A stretch of 64,000 nt of DNA from positions 12,710 through 76,709 of IMG/VR virus record IMGVR_UViG_3300040807_001288. One strand, given 5' to 3'. The notes below the pieces were generated by a model, which had not been told where the DNA came from, searched no databases, and saw only the letters and a program-made list of their open reading frames with translations. This document shows, one piece after another, positions 30,992 to 40,446 of the stretch; within the stretch, counting starts at the first letter, position 1, and each line of letters opens with the position of its first letter. The stretch comes from a virus. Both the position numbers and the translations under genes were made by a program.

Positions 30992-33486
30992 TGGCTGAAC
31001 AACAATATCAAGAAAGTAATTACAGGTTCTCTGACCCTATTCGTCTATTCAAGGCTAATGATCCTTACTACTATGAGGTCGATAATATCCCTCTCAAGCA
31101 GTTGCAGGAGAATTGCTTGTGGCTAAAGGATCAAGTTAGGAAGAACGCAAACAAACTCCTAGGTGTAAAACGGTCTGATATTGACGAGCTTCGTCCTTAC
31201 GCAACGGGAGCCGACAGGCTGATTAGAGTTAAGCCAGGAAGGTATACAGCCAGGATTAATGACGCCTCTAATCGAACACCTTTGGCTTACTTGAGAAAGG
31301 TCATGGGTGAGGCTCTAGGAGATGTTGATGCTTGGTCAGCATTAGCACCTAACCAAGGCAGCGATCCAAAGAATGTTGTCTTAGAGGAAGCTCTTAACAC
31401 CTTTAAAGAAGCTGTTTCCGAAACTGCTTTGGGAATGAATGGTTTGGTAGAGAGAGCTTTCACTAGACCAATCGTGGACATTGATCGGGTAATTGATGTC
31501 GATGGTGCGGATTTAGCTCCTGGCACTTCGTGGCTATCTTACGGAGGCTATGATGAGAACATTCCAGGTGGTGGAGCAGCACTCTCTCCCTTCATTGTTA
31601 CTGAAGCCATTGTCTGGGCAAGGTCTCAAGGCTCAGAGCTAGGTAGTTTTACTCTTCCTACTTACGAAATAACAAACCCTAACAACGGTTTTGCCAAGCT
31701 CCCACTCACAGAGAGTTACTTTGTGAAAGCCTGGAGAGGGGTATCCCGTCTAGCCGTGGTGGATATTGATGACGAGCTTACCATAGAAGTTCCTCAGTTC
31801 GACGCAGAGGATTTTTATTATACAAATGAGCGAGGAGATCGCACTGAGGTTGATAACGTACAACAAAGAGTGGATCTAGTATTCATTTATAGTAAGCCGA
31901 TTGACACCAGCGCCACTACAATTATTAGAGGAGGGACCACAGAAACCATCACCAAGCCCGCTCTTGGTATTGTTAAGGGGGCAGGTATTAGAGCAACCTT
32001 CTTTGAGAAAAACACTGAGTTGGCTGCGGGTAATAAAGTAGACAGTAGAGACTCCATCCTTGCATCTCCTAGCGATCAGCTAAACGATAGCATGGGTTTC
32101 ACCAGCACCTCGGCTAACGACATTGCTACGTCGGTTAGGGGCAGTTTCCCCGCCCCAGACGACCTAATGAACCTAGCTCCTCTGATCTCTGAGAAGCTAG
32201 AGGATAACGCCTACGAGCTTTTAGGTCAGTCCATTCTTCCTGTAGCCTATGTTTTTGTTCAAGGCGGATCTCAGGTGGTTCTGAGCACTGACGTTATTGA
32301 CATCAGACCGCTATTCAGAACAGCAGAGCTTGCATACAACGAACGGGCAGGAATCGGAGCAGCGTTCCCACAATTGTCTCTAGCTAATCCCGCTGTAGGA
32401 AAAGGCCAGCTAGACTTTGAGATCAAGCGTCTTTATGATAGTTTAGACAACAGGATAAACGTAGTCGCTGGGCAAAGTGACGCTGGGAGTCAGATGAATG
32501 TTCTGGCTGTTGGCTATGTTTTTGGCGGCTGGAACTTCGGGCCAGAGGGAGCTTTGTACGATTACTACAAAAGCACTTTCGCTGAAAATCAAAATGCAAA
32601 TGATGATAGCGAAGCATATATTAAACAATATATCATAGGAAAGTATGGCATCGGTGACACGGGCACAGCTATAAAGGTCCCTTCGTACCCCGATTGGGAC
32701 CTAGCTCAGTGGTGTGTTGAGCAGTCCATAGAAGATAAGGGGCTGTATCCTAACGATTACATTAACACATTCTTCTCGCTAACCTCCGCAGAAGGGTCTG
32801 ATGCTACTATTGATGCGGGCAGCTTCGCTGACGGCATCAGACCTGACGGAACCTCAATAGCGGGTAACGATCCTCCCGAAAGGCTTAAAAACTTTAGTAA
32901 CACGCAAACCAGACCAGGGGATGGCGAGTCTTTAATTAACTTCCATTACATTTCTAAAAAGATAAAGTTTCAAAGACCCGCTTGGCTTGCAGACTACTCC
33001 ATAGACACTACTCTTATTAATTCTTTAGCTCAGAATAATACTGGCACTGGGCCTGACTCCAACTTTGCTGGATCTTACTTTGGTTGCTGGGTGGAGAAAG
33101 GTTTTGACGAGTTCACTATCTATGTTGCTTTCTCGGCAGACACTAACAATAACTATGGAAACAGCGAAGCGCCTAGATTCCCCGCTCCTCACTCGTTAGT
33201 ATACACTTCGGGAGGAAAAAAGAAAAAGACTACCAGCACGCTTAACATATCTCAAAGAGATGGAGACAGATTTAGTGGCTTCGTAGTTCCTGTAAGTGAT
33301 ATTCTGTACTCTAACACAGAGCCCGTGTCCACATCAAATGGGTTTGGTTATGTAGGTAACCCCCGTATAGGTAAGTGTACTTATCCCACAGTCATGTGGA
33401 AATTCACTGGAGTTCCCAACGGAGATGCAGGGTTCTTGTATGGGAACTTGAACGGAACTAACCCGACAATAGCTCTTAAGAACTAA
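30991..33486 (+). CDS. Virion structural protein (tail fibre region)
   Basis: N-terminal YYYEVDNIPLKQLQEN..WLK anchor-like motif. Coupled into the structural operon. Confidence 0.55.
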   Translation: MAEQQYQESNYRFSDPIRLFKANDPYYYEVDNIPLKQLQENCLWLKDQVRKNANKLLGVKRSDIDELRPYATGADRLIRVKPGRYTARINDASNRTPLAYLRKVMGEALGDVDAWSALAPNQGSDPKNVVLEEALNTFKEAVSETALGMNGLVERAFTRPIVDIDRVIDVDGADLAPGTSWLSYGGYDENIPGGGAALSPFIVTEAIVWARSQGSELGSFTLPTYEITNPNNGFAKLPLTESYFVKAWRGVSRLAVVDIDDELTIEVPQFDAEDFYYTNERGDRTEVDNVQQRVDLVFIYSKPIDTSATTIIRGGTTETITKPALGIVKGAGIRATFFEKNTELAAGNKVDSRDSILASPSDQLNDSMGFTSTSANDIATSVRGSFPAPDDLMNLAPLISEKLEDNAYELLGQSILPVAYVFVQGGSQVVLSTDVIDIRPLFRTAELAYNERAGIGAAFPQLSLANPAVGKGQLDFEIKRLYDSLDNRINVVAGQSDAGSQMNVLAVGYVFGGWNFGPEGALYDYYKSTFAENQNANDDSEAYIKQYIIGKYGIGDTGTAIKVPSYPDWDLAQWCVEQSIEDKGLYPNDYINTFFSLTSAEGSDATIDAGSFADGIRPDGTSIAGNDPPERLKNFSNTQTRPGDGESLINFHYISKKIKFQRPAWLADYSIDTTLINSLAQNNTGTGPDSNFAGSYFGCWVEKGFDEFTIYVAFSADTNNNYGNSEAPRFPAPHSLVYTSGGKKKKTTSTLNISQRDGDRFSGFVVPVSDILYSNTEPVSTSNGFGYVGNPRIGKCTYPTVMWKFTGVPNGDAGFLYGNLNGTNPTIALKN

Positions 33487-36400
33487 TGCCAGATAATGGC
33501 GCAACATTTGGTTGCGGGACACTTCTTCCTGGAGTTGGTCCTGGAAATCTTCCTGGCTTCGATGGCGGTGGTGTTATCGAAGGTGGGGGCGGTGGAAATG
33601 GTGGTAATAATAATAATGGTGGTGGAACAAGAATTGATACTGTTCCTCCTATAGGTCCCGATCCGTACGAAGGGGGTCCTCCCGCTCCAGGTCCACCTGA
33701 CATTGGCCCCCCTGTTTCAGCGGGGCCTACTGGTCCTGGAATTCCTGATAGAGGAACTCCCGTTCCAGGTCCGACCTCTCCAGGGCCTCCTCCTCCTCAG
33801 CCGCCTGTGGCACCTAGGCTTTCTTTCTGTAAGATTAGTGGTCCATTCACTGGTGCTCCACAAAGTGGCGGTCCTCCTCCTCCTGGAGTCTATGTTAGGG
33901 TTTACACTGCGCCACAAACATGCAGTCCCGATGATTTTAGCGTTACTGATGCTCACAATCAATCTGCTGCTGCGACTAGAATTAATCAGCTACAAACACT
34001 CCTTACTAGCCCTCCCTATCCAACTGGAACAACTGTTACTTTTACTACTGGAGGGTTTACATTTCCTTGCGACTTAGCTGCGGGTGCTGGATGTGGCACA
34101 GCAACAATTACTGCTACTATAACTATTCCAGACACGGAGGGTACTGCGATCCCTCCAGGGCCACCACCGCCTCCACCAACTGCTGACCCTGATCTTGTTC
34201 CTGAAGGACCTCCACCGCCACCTCCAGTAGAGCCTGATGGCCCCTTCGTATTGCCCGACGATGATCCCGACCCTCCACCACCTACGGTTGATCCTGATCC
34301 AGTAGGAAATGAAGATCCCGACCCTCCACCACCTACGGTTGATCCTGATCCAGTAGGAAATGAAGATCCTGATGATCCACCACCTACGGTTGATCCTGAT
34401 CCAGTAGGAAACGAAGAACCTCCTTGGACTCCTATTGGAAATCAGGAGCCTATAGGGGGCGTGTTAGTAGACCCAGGCGAAGATCCTAGGCCAAATGTCA
34501 CTAGGATAAATGATGTCGCTCTTTCAGATCCTCCAACCGCAGGAAATAATATAGTAAGTAATTATTCTTTCGATAGAGGTGCTTTACTTAATCAAGCTAT
34601 ACAGTCTAGAGAAATTGACCTCAATGACCCAGCGATAAAGGATGCTATCCTTAGAAAGAAACCCTTTGGTATTCAAGATAGCTCAATATCTTTTGATACT
34701 GTTCCACTACCATCTGAGATGGTCAAAAACGATACTGGATTCCTTGAGTTATTTGCCGAAACAATAGACAGTAACCTTCATTACGTCCTGTCAAATCAAA
34801 GAAACTCAGGGAACTGGGACAGTAGACGAGCCGCAGGGGTCACTAATGAAGTTATCTTCAATAGCCTTAACGACCTTACTAAGAAGGTTGTTGGTAGGAT
34901 CAAAAATTACGATGGAACAAGATTATCTCTAGGACAGATTTTTAATTTGATCGGATCCAGAGTGCTTGATGGAACGATTTCTAAAGTAACCCTCAGGTTC
35001 TTACAGAGCATGGCTGAGGACAGCGCAAAGAGGGATCCTGTTACTATTGTACGAAGCACCAATCCAAAGGTAAACGAAGTTGCTGCTCTCGCTCTGATTG
35101 ATCAAAACAAAGTTGCTTTAGATCCTGCTCGCAGAGACGATAAAGAAAAGAATCTTTTCAAGAATTGGAAGGTTCTATCCTCTGACATCGACAAATACCT
35201 TCCCGTAACTATTAATGGAGAGTCTAGAAGATACTACATTAATGATGACGACACTTTCATAAATAGAAACACCTTATCCATACAAGACGGAGATTACTTC
35301 GATGTAACCATAGGAGGAAGAACTCAGAGGCTGTTCGCTGATTCAGAAAAAGATCATGCGTATCTTGTACCAGAAAAGATTAGACAGAGGGCTGTCAGTC
35401 TCCTTGGTGGAACTCCTGGGAGAACTCTTGACGTTAGTGCTGAGGCGGCAACAGCAGCTTCAATAGAGTTTGATTCATCCCTAACATCTGACAGGCAACC
35501 CTTCTACGTTCTGAGTTGTGTGCTAGACACCTTGAACACTCGACCATCGGAGGCTGAATCCTTTTTGCTAAAGGATACCACAGCAAAGTATCAACTTATG
35601 GACACAACCACACCAGAAGGGCTGGCTGAGGTTAACGAGTTTATAAAATACAAAGCAAACAAAAGAATATTTATACTGGATGATGAGGATCTAATTTTAG
35701 ATTACGTAGAACAAACTTCACATTTACATCTTACTCAGACAGATATTCTTTTTGATTCGCCAAAGACCAATAAAACACTACCCCTTCTGGTCAGGCAGTT
35801 ACCGTTCTACATTATGTTGTACCCTACTAACAGACCAGACTACAACATATTTAATGATAAATCTCAGATAACAGAGATCAGTAGAGATGGCGGCGTCAGT
35901 AGGAGGCTGGTATGTGCGCCTGTACTAAACCCTGAGTTCACCAAGCCTCAGACTAATAAGTTTATTCGCTACACTACTGCGGGAAGAAGCGCGACTGATA
36001 TCCTGGGTAACCCAGACACACAAGCTAGGCAAAGCATTATTGATCCTAATGATGAAGTTTTCCGAACAGCGTATCGGAGGGAGGGCCAATACGTTTCAGC
36101 TAGTCAGTACCCCACCAACAGACAAAAGACAGGATTCAGACTAGTAAAGGAAATTGTCAGCGAGTTAGATACGAACTATGAACTGTCTATAAATGGTGTG
36201 GGAAAAACTTTGACTGAGTTTGATGTGTTTAGTCGTCTCAACCTCAAGCAGTTTAGTATCCTCTCTGTCTTAGAAAACTTTAACGAAATCAGTAAATCTG
36301 TGCGTAATGGTTTAATTAACGATGTAAAACTAATACCTCCAGTCAGCAGAGCCGACAATAGATTAGTTATAAATAAAACACAATTAGTGCAGAGAAAGAC

Positions 36401-36509
36401 CACCGCTGGGGCGGATACTTTTAAGCAAGTAAAGGCCACCAACGATGGTCAGAACATCATTAGCCCCAATGAAGAGGGGAAAGGTGGTCTCGCTCCTGCG
36501 GGAGGCTAG
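33486..36509 (+). CDS. Proline-rich 1007-aa protein
   Basis: The N-terminal ~340 aa are Pro/Gly/Asp-rich, followed by a globular remainder. Confidence 0.7.
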   Translation: MPDNGATFGCGTLLPGVGPGNLPGFDGGGVIEGGGGGNGGNNNNGGGTRIDTVPPIGPDPYEGGPPAPGPPDIGPPVSAGPTGPGIPDRGTPVPGPTSPGPPPPQPPVAPRLSFCKISGPFTGAPQSGGPPPPGVYVRVYTAPQTCSPDDFSVTDAHNQSAAATRINQLQTLLTSPPYPTGTTVTFTTGGFTFPCDLAAGAGCGTATITATITIPDTEGTAIPPGPPPPPPTADPDLVPEGPPPPPPVEPDGPFVLPDDDPDPPPPTVDPDPVGNEDPDPPPPTVDPDPVGNEDPDDPPPTVDPDPVGNEEPPWTPIGNQEPIGGVLVDPGEDPRPNVTRINDVALSDPPTAGNNIVSNYSFDRGALLNQAIQSREIDLNDPAIKDAILRKKPFGIQDSSISFDTVPLPSEMVKNDTGFLELFAETIDSNLHYVLSNQRNSGNWDSRRAAGVTNEVIFNSLNDLTKKVVGRIKNYDGTRLSLGQIFNLIGSRVLDGTISKVTLRFLQSMAEDSAKRDPVTIVRSTNPKVNEVAALALIDQNKVALDPARRDDKEKNLFKNWKVLSSDIDKYLPVTINGESRRYYINDDDTFINRNTLSIQDGDYFDVTIGGRTQRLFADSEKDHAYLVPEKIRQRAVSLLGGTPGRTLDVSAEAATAASIEFDSSLTSDRQPFYVLSCVLDTLNTRPSEAESFLLKDTTAKYQLMDTTTPEGLAEVNEFIKYKANKRIFILDDEDLILDYVEQTSHLHLTQTDILFDSPKTNKTLPLLVRQLPFYIMLYPTNRPDYNIFNDKSQITEISRDGGVSRRLVCAPVLNPEFTKPQTNKFIRYTTAGRSATDILGNPDTQARQSIIDPNDEVFRTAYRREGQYVSASQYPTNRQKTGFRLVKEIVSELDTNYELSINGVGKTLTEFDVFSRLNLKQFSILSVLENFNEISKSVRNGLINDVKLIPPVSRADNRLVINKTQLVQRKTTAGADTFKQVKATNDGQNIISPNEEGKGGLAPAGG
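34263..34415 (+). repeat. 3 x 51-bp tandem repeat (DPDPPPPTVDPDPVGNE)
   Basis: Units at 34263, 34314 and 34365. The first two are identical. Confidence 0.95.
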
Positions 36510-36604
36510 TTCACAAAAAATAAAATAAATTGCACAATCCAGCGAATCTTCGCTAGATATGTTTAGAGATGAAAATCTTAACCTTTCGTTTTATGAGATA
36601 AAAA

Positions 36605-37015
36605 ATGGATCATTACAGACTAAGCGACGAACTTCGTCAGCAACTACTAGAGAACGCCGCCTGGGGTAAGGCGGATATCACACCTCGCCTCGATGAGGAG
36701 TCTTCCTGCGATTCTAAGGGCGCAGACAAGAAGAAGAAGAAGGCCGAGAAGCCTGAGAAGGACATGGATTACGCTCACTCTGAGTATGAGGACGGCGAAG
36801 AGGCTGAAGAGCTTGCGGAAGACGTTCACGTTTGCCCACTTTGCACTTCACAACTTGCTGAGGCCATCGACGAGGAGTCTCTTCTTGAGCACCTTGACAT
36901 GGTAACTGCTCTTATTGATCGCCTTTCCCAGCTTAACGAGGGTGATGAGGATATCGAGGACATTATCGACCAGACCATCACTGCCGTAGCTACGCAAGAT
37001 TTAGAGGAAGAGTGA
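36605..37015 (+). CDS. Acidic prohead-core-like protein with CPLC motif
   Basis: First gene of the head cluster, with many L/I-x-E sites and HVCPLC...EH. Confidence 0.6.
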   Translation: MDHYRLSDELRQQLLENAAWGKADITPRLDEESSCDSKGADKKKKKAEKPEKDMDYAHSEYEDGEEAEELAEDVHVCPLCTSQLAEAIDEESLLEHLDMVTALIDRLSQLNEGDEDIEDIIDQTITAVATQDLEEE

Positions 37016-37034
37016 GGCTCTAGGGGAACCACAG

Positions 37035-37529
37035 ATGAAAAGCATCGGAGACTTCGCAGAAAACCTAATTCTAAACCAAACTCAAAACATCAAAGAGGGG
37101 AAAGAGAGTTCCCCTCAGATGAGGGCTAATGGTTTAGCTCCTGCGGGTAAAGATATTTCTAATGTTGAAGTCCCTGACACCTTCATGCAACAGGTTCTGG
37201 GTGAAAGTTTTCACCCGCAAGAAACTCCCGCTGCTGAAACTATTCCTGAGATCGTTTGGAATGAAGAGGAGCCAAAGCAGTCTGTACAGTCTCTCACAGA
37301 AGAGACCGCGCAGCACCTTGTCCCTCTTTTAGAGGAGGTTCGAGATCTTCTTAAAGAGATGTGTTGTGGAACCTCTTCGGGCCAGCTTGGTATAAATCTG
37401 GCTGGGCCTCAGAGGGATATGCCTACAGACGCTATTGAGAAGAAGTACGGCTACATTTCTGCTAGACCAGTAAAATCAAAAAAAGATATTCTTAGAAAAT
37501 CTATACAAGGGCGACTGAAGAGAAGATGA
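37035..37529 (+). CDS. Hypothetical head-cluster protein
   Basis: 164 aa, GGGG RBS-like sequence, L/I-x-E sites. Confidence 0.6.
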   Translation: MKSIGDFAENLILNQTQNIKEGKESSPQMRANGLAPAGKDISNVEVPDTFMQQVLGESFHPQETPAAETIPEIVWNEEEPKQSVQSLTEETAQHLVPLLEEVRDLLKEMCCGTSSGQLGINLAGPQRDMPTDAIEKKYGYISARPVKSKKDILRKSIQGRLKRR

Positions 37530-37945
37530 AACTAACTGAAGCTATTGACGGTATTGAAGAAGCGAAGGGTTCTAAGGAGGGTCGAAAGACATATACCTCC
37601 AAGAAAGGGACCACTCGCGATGTCAAAAAATCTGTCAAGAGTCGAGTTAGAGTTTTCCCTAGCATCAAAGCTGCGCTTGCTAACGCGAACTATGGACAAA
37701 TCTTCAGCACGAAAGCTGCCGGAAGATTGTATGTAGTTTCTAAGGGTAAGTGGGGAGCCAAGAGTGGTCGAGGAAAGATCGCGAAAGGCTTCACCAAGGG
37801 TAGCGCAACTCCATCCGCAGAGTGGGGTAGCGTCAAAAAACATGCTGCGCGTACCATGCTTCGGCATGGCAAGGCTTCTGATAAACTGGCTCAAAAGTAT
37901 GGCAGTCGATCTATCAAGAAAGAAAGAGGATTAAAGTACAAATGA
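37526..37945 (+). CDS. Highly basic protein, possible internal head DNA-binding protein
   Basis: K/R-rich after a short acidic leader MKLTEAIDGIEE. Confidence 0.6.
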   Translation: MKLTEAIDGIEEAKGSKEGRKTYTSKKGTTRDVKKSVKSRVRVFPSIKAALANANYGQIFSTKAAGRLYVVSKGKWGAKSGRGKIAKGFTKGSATPSAEWGSVKKHAARTMLRHGKASDKLAQKYGSRSIKKERGLKYK

Positions 37946-39711
37946 CACAACTACTCCAAGACGTATTTATTGTAGAGAACCTTCAAGTTCTTACTGAAGG
38001 AAAAAATAATGACACCATGAAAATTAAGGGTGTCTTTGGCCGTTGCAATGAAAAGAACAATAATGGTCGCATCTATCCTACAGCGGTTCTAGAAGGTCAG
38101 TTGAATAAAGTTCAGCCTCTTATCTTAGAGCGTCGGCTTTGTGGGGAGCTAGATCACCCTCAGAACGATACTGTTAAGTTATCAAACGCCTCACACCTAA
38201 TCACTAAACTTGAAATGAAAGGTAACGAGCTTATTGGTGAGGCCGAAATTCTTAAGACTCCTGCTGGACTAACTGCTAAAGCATTGGTTGAGGGTGGAGT
38301 AAAGATTGGTATCTCTTCTAGAGGTATGGGTACGCTATCGGAGGATGATAAAGGAGACAAGATTGTTAATGAGGACTTCCGCCTAGTAACTTTCGACCTT
38401 GTAGCTGACCCCTCTACTCGTGGAGCTTTCCCTGGACTTTCAGAGTCTACAGAGTCTCAGTTTGTTCGTGAGAGCCAGACAAAGTTAGAGAAAGAGCAAA
38501 ACTTTGTAACACTTCTTCAATCTAAGCTTAGAGAGTCCTACGATCCTTGGATTGAAGAGGCTAAGACAAAGAAGAAGAAGAAGAGTGCCTTGGATCCTGT
38601 AGGTCAGGAAGATGGTGATGTTGATAACGACGGTGATACAGATTCCAGCGATGCCTATCTTGCAAAGCGTAGAAAAGCTATTGGTAAGGCTATGAAAGCT
38701 GAGGGTACTTATTATCGCTTGGGTAACCTAATTGCTGAAGCTTTTGCTGATGAGTTAGAGAGAACTAGGGTTTCTAAAGCTGACGCAGAAGGAGATACTA
38801 AAGGCCCATCCTTTATGGACAGACGGCGCGTAGCTGCTGGTAAAAAATCTGCTGCGCGGGCTGATGTAAAGGCTGCTAAAATTAGACAAAGTGGTGAAAT
38901 TAGTCTAGCTCGTAGAATGGAAAAAGCTAAAGAGCGGGCCGCTGCTGGTAAGCCAGTAACAGGTGGTGAAAGGGCTGCTGATCTAGCAAAGAAGGCGTGG
39001 GGCACGGCGAAGAAACTCGGAGGAGCAGCTAAAGATTATGTTACAGATAAGGAGAGCGAAGCAGCAAAGGCCGCAAAAAGTAGACTAGCCGATAGAAGGA
39101 AAAAGAGGATTTCGGATCGCCTATCAGGTGCTTCTTCAACCAAGCCAACCCCTGAGCAGGGCAAAGGCGAAACCCCAAAGAAAAAATCAATTTCTCCTGA
39201 GGAGAAAGCTGCTAAAGAAAAAGCAGGTAGGGCGAAAATGGCTGCTGACACTGCCGATGTTAAGCGTAGAGCGGGTAACAAATCTGCAACCTCAGCAAGC
39301 ATGGGTAGAGAAGGTTCTTTCGGTGCTGGTGTAGGTGCTAAATCTTCGGAAGATGAAGCTTCTCGCGAAGCCACTAGGAGGGCTATCGCGCGACGAGAGC
39401 GCAAGACTGGCAAAAAGGTCAAGCTTACTCCGCAACAAGCAGCGCAATTAGAAAGAAAGCTTTATCGTCAGATTGGTTTCCATCTAGCTGAAGCTATGGG
39501 TCTTACTGAGATGCAGGTCGGACATACTGATGTCTCCAATGCTGAAAAAAAAGCCCGAAAGACAGCCAATAACAATAAACAAGAGGGCAAGCCAGCAAAA
39601 ACTCCCATGCAGATTACCAAACAAGCTGGTAGAGTTCACGATAAAGTTACCGCAAGACAGAAGGAGGGTAAAACACCTCCAGGGATTAACAGTCACAGAC
39701 AGCCTAAGTGA
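37942..39711 (+). CDS. Prohead core protease (gp21-like) with long basic C-terminal extension
   Basis: NNNGRIYP, GELDHP, GISSRGMG and FDLVADPS motifs. Confidence 0.93.
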   Translation: MTQLLQDVFIVENLQVLTEGKNNDTMKIKGVFGRCNEKNNNGRIYPTAVLEGQLNKVQPLILERRLCGELDHPQNDTVKLSNASHLITKLEMKGNELIGEAEILKTPAGLTAKALVEGGVKIGISSRGMGTLSEDDKGDKIVNEDFRLVTFDLVADPSTRGAFPGLSESTESQFVRESQTKLEKEQNFVTLLQSKLRESYDPWIEEAKTKKKKKSALDPVGQEDGDVDNDGDTDSSDAYLAKRRKAIGKAMKAEGTYYRLGNLIAEAFADELERTRVSKADAEGDTKGPSFMDRRRVAAGKKSAARADVKAAKIRQSGEISLARRMEKAKERAAAGKPVTGGERAADLAKKAWGTAKKLGGAAKDYVTDKESEAAKAAKSRLADRRKKRISDRLSGASSTKPTPEQGKGETPKKKSISPEEKAAKEKAGRAKMAADTADVKRRAGNKSATSASMGREGSFGAGVGAKSSEDEASREATRRAIARRERKTGKKVKLTPQQAAQLERKLYRQIGFHLAEAMGLTEMQVGHTDVSNAEKKARKTANNNKQEGKPAKTPMQITKQAGRVHDKVTARQKEGKTPPGINSHRQPK

Positions 39712-39719
39712 TCGCATAC

Positions 39720-39750
39720 ATTTTCTAAAAAAAATCACATTTTAGAAAAT
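39720..39750. promoter_or_regulatory. 11-bp AT-rich inverted repeat upstream of scaffold/capsid genes
   Basis: ATTTTCTAAAA-9 nt-TTTTAGAAAAT. Confidence 0.4.
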
Positions 39751-39787
39751 GAGATAATACATAACATAGAATCCAGGAGATCTATTC

Positions 39788-40432
39788 ATGAGTAATTTAA
39801 AGAATATTGCCGATATTCTTCCCGAAGGACTTGACGAATCCACCGTTCATGCTGTTTTTGAACTGGTGGATTCTACTATCAACGAGCAAGTCGCTGAGAA
39901 GGTTGGTTTACTTGAGGCCAAAGTAAACGCCTATCTCAGAACAAAGGTTGATCGGCTAAAAGAACAAGCTCTCGCTGAACTTAGCGAAGAGAACGAGGTT
40001 TTCCGTAACGCTCGCCTCTTTGAATCAGTGAGAACTCTAATGGCTCTAGAGCTAAACGGCTCTGATGAAGACAACGCTCTTTCTGAAATGACATCCCATC
40101 ATGGTGAGCTTCAGGAAGAGTTCGACGTTCTAAGTGAGCAGGTTAATAGCCTTGCCATTGAGAATGAAAAGCTTCAGGGCACCATCAAGGTCCTTAACGA
40201 CAAGGTTTCTCTACAGGAGAGCGAAGTTGAAGAGCTTGAAGGTCACAAATCACAGCTTCTCGAAGAGGTCGAGAATCTGGTCGCTGCGCGGGATGAGGCA
40301 TTTGCATCCTCTGAACAGGCAGTTGTTGTTTCTCAAGCGGATATTGAGATCAACGAATCGAAAACTCAAACTGGTAATGAGTTTTTAACTGATGAGGTCA
40401 TGAAGTTCATGCCCTTCTCTCCCCAAAACTAA
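39788..40432 (+). CDS. Prohead scaffold protein (gp22-like)
   Basis: Acidic coiled coil (LPEGLDES...) between protease and capsid, with AGGAG RBS. Confidence 0.8.
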   Translation: MSNLKNIADILPEGLDESTVHAVFELVDSTINEQVAEKVGLLEAKVNAYLRTKVDRLKEQALAELSEENEVFRNARLFESVRTLMALELNGSDEDNALSEMTSHHGELQEEFDVLSEQVNSLAIENEKLQGTIKVLNDKVSLQESEVEELEGHKSQLLEEVENLVAARDEAFASSEQAVVVSQADIEINESKTQTGNEFLTDEVMKFMPFSPQN

Positions 40433-40446
40433 TAGGATTTATTAAA

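Noticed and set aside
34263-34415. Tandem repeat as a CRISPR array
   Set aside because: The units are contiguous, in frame and have no spacers.
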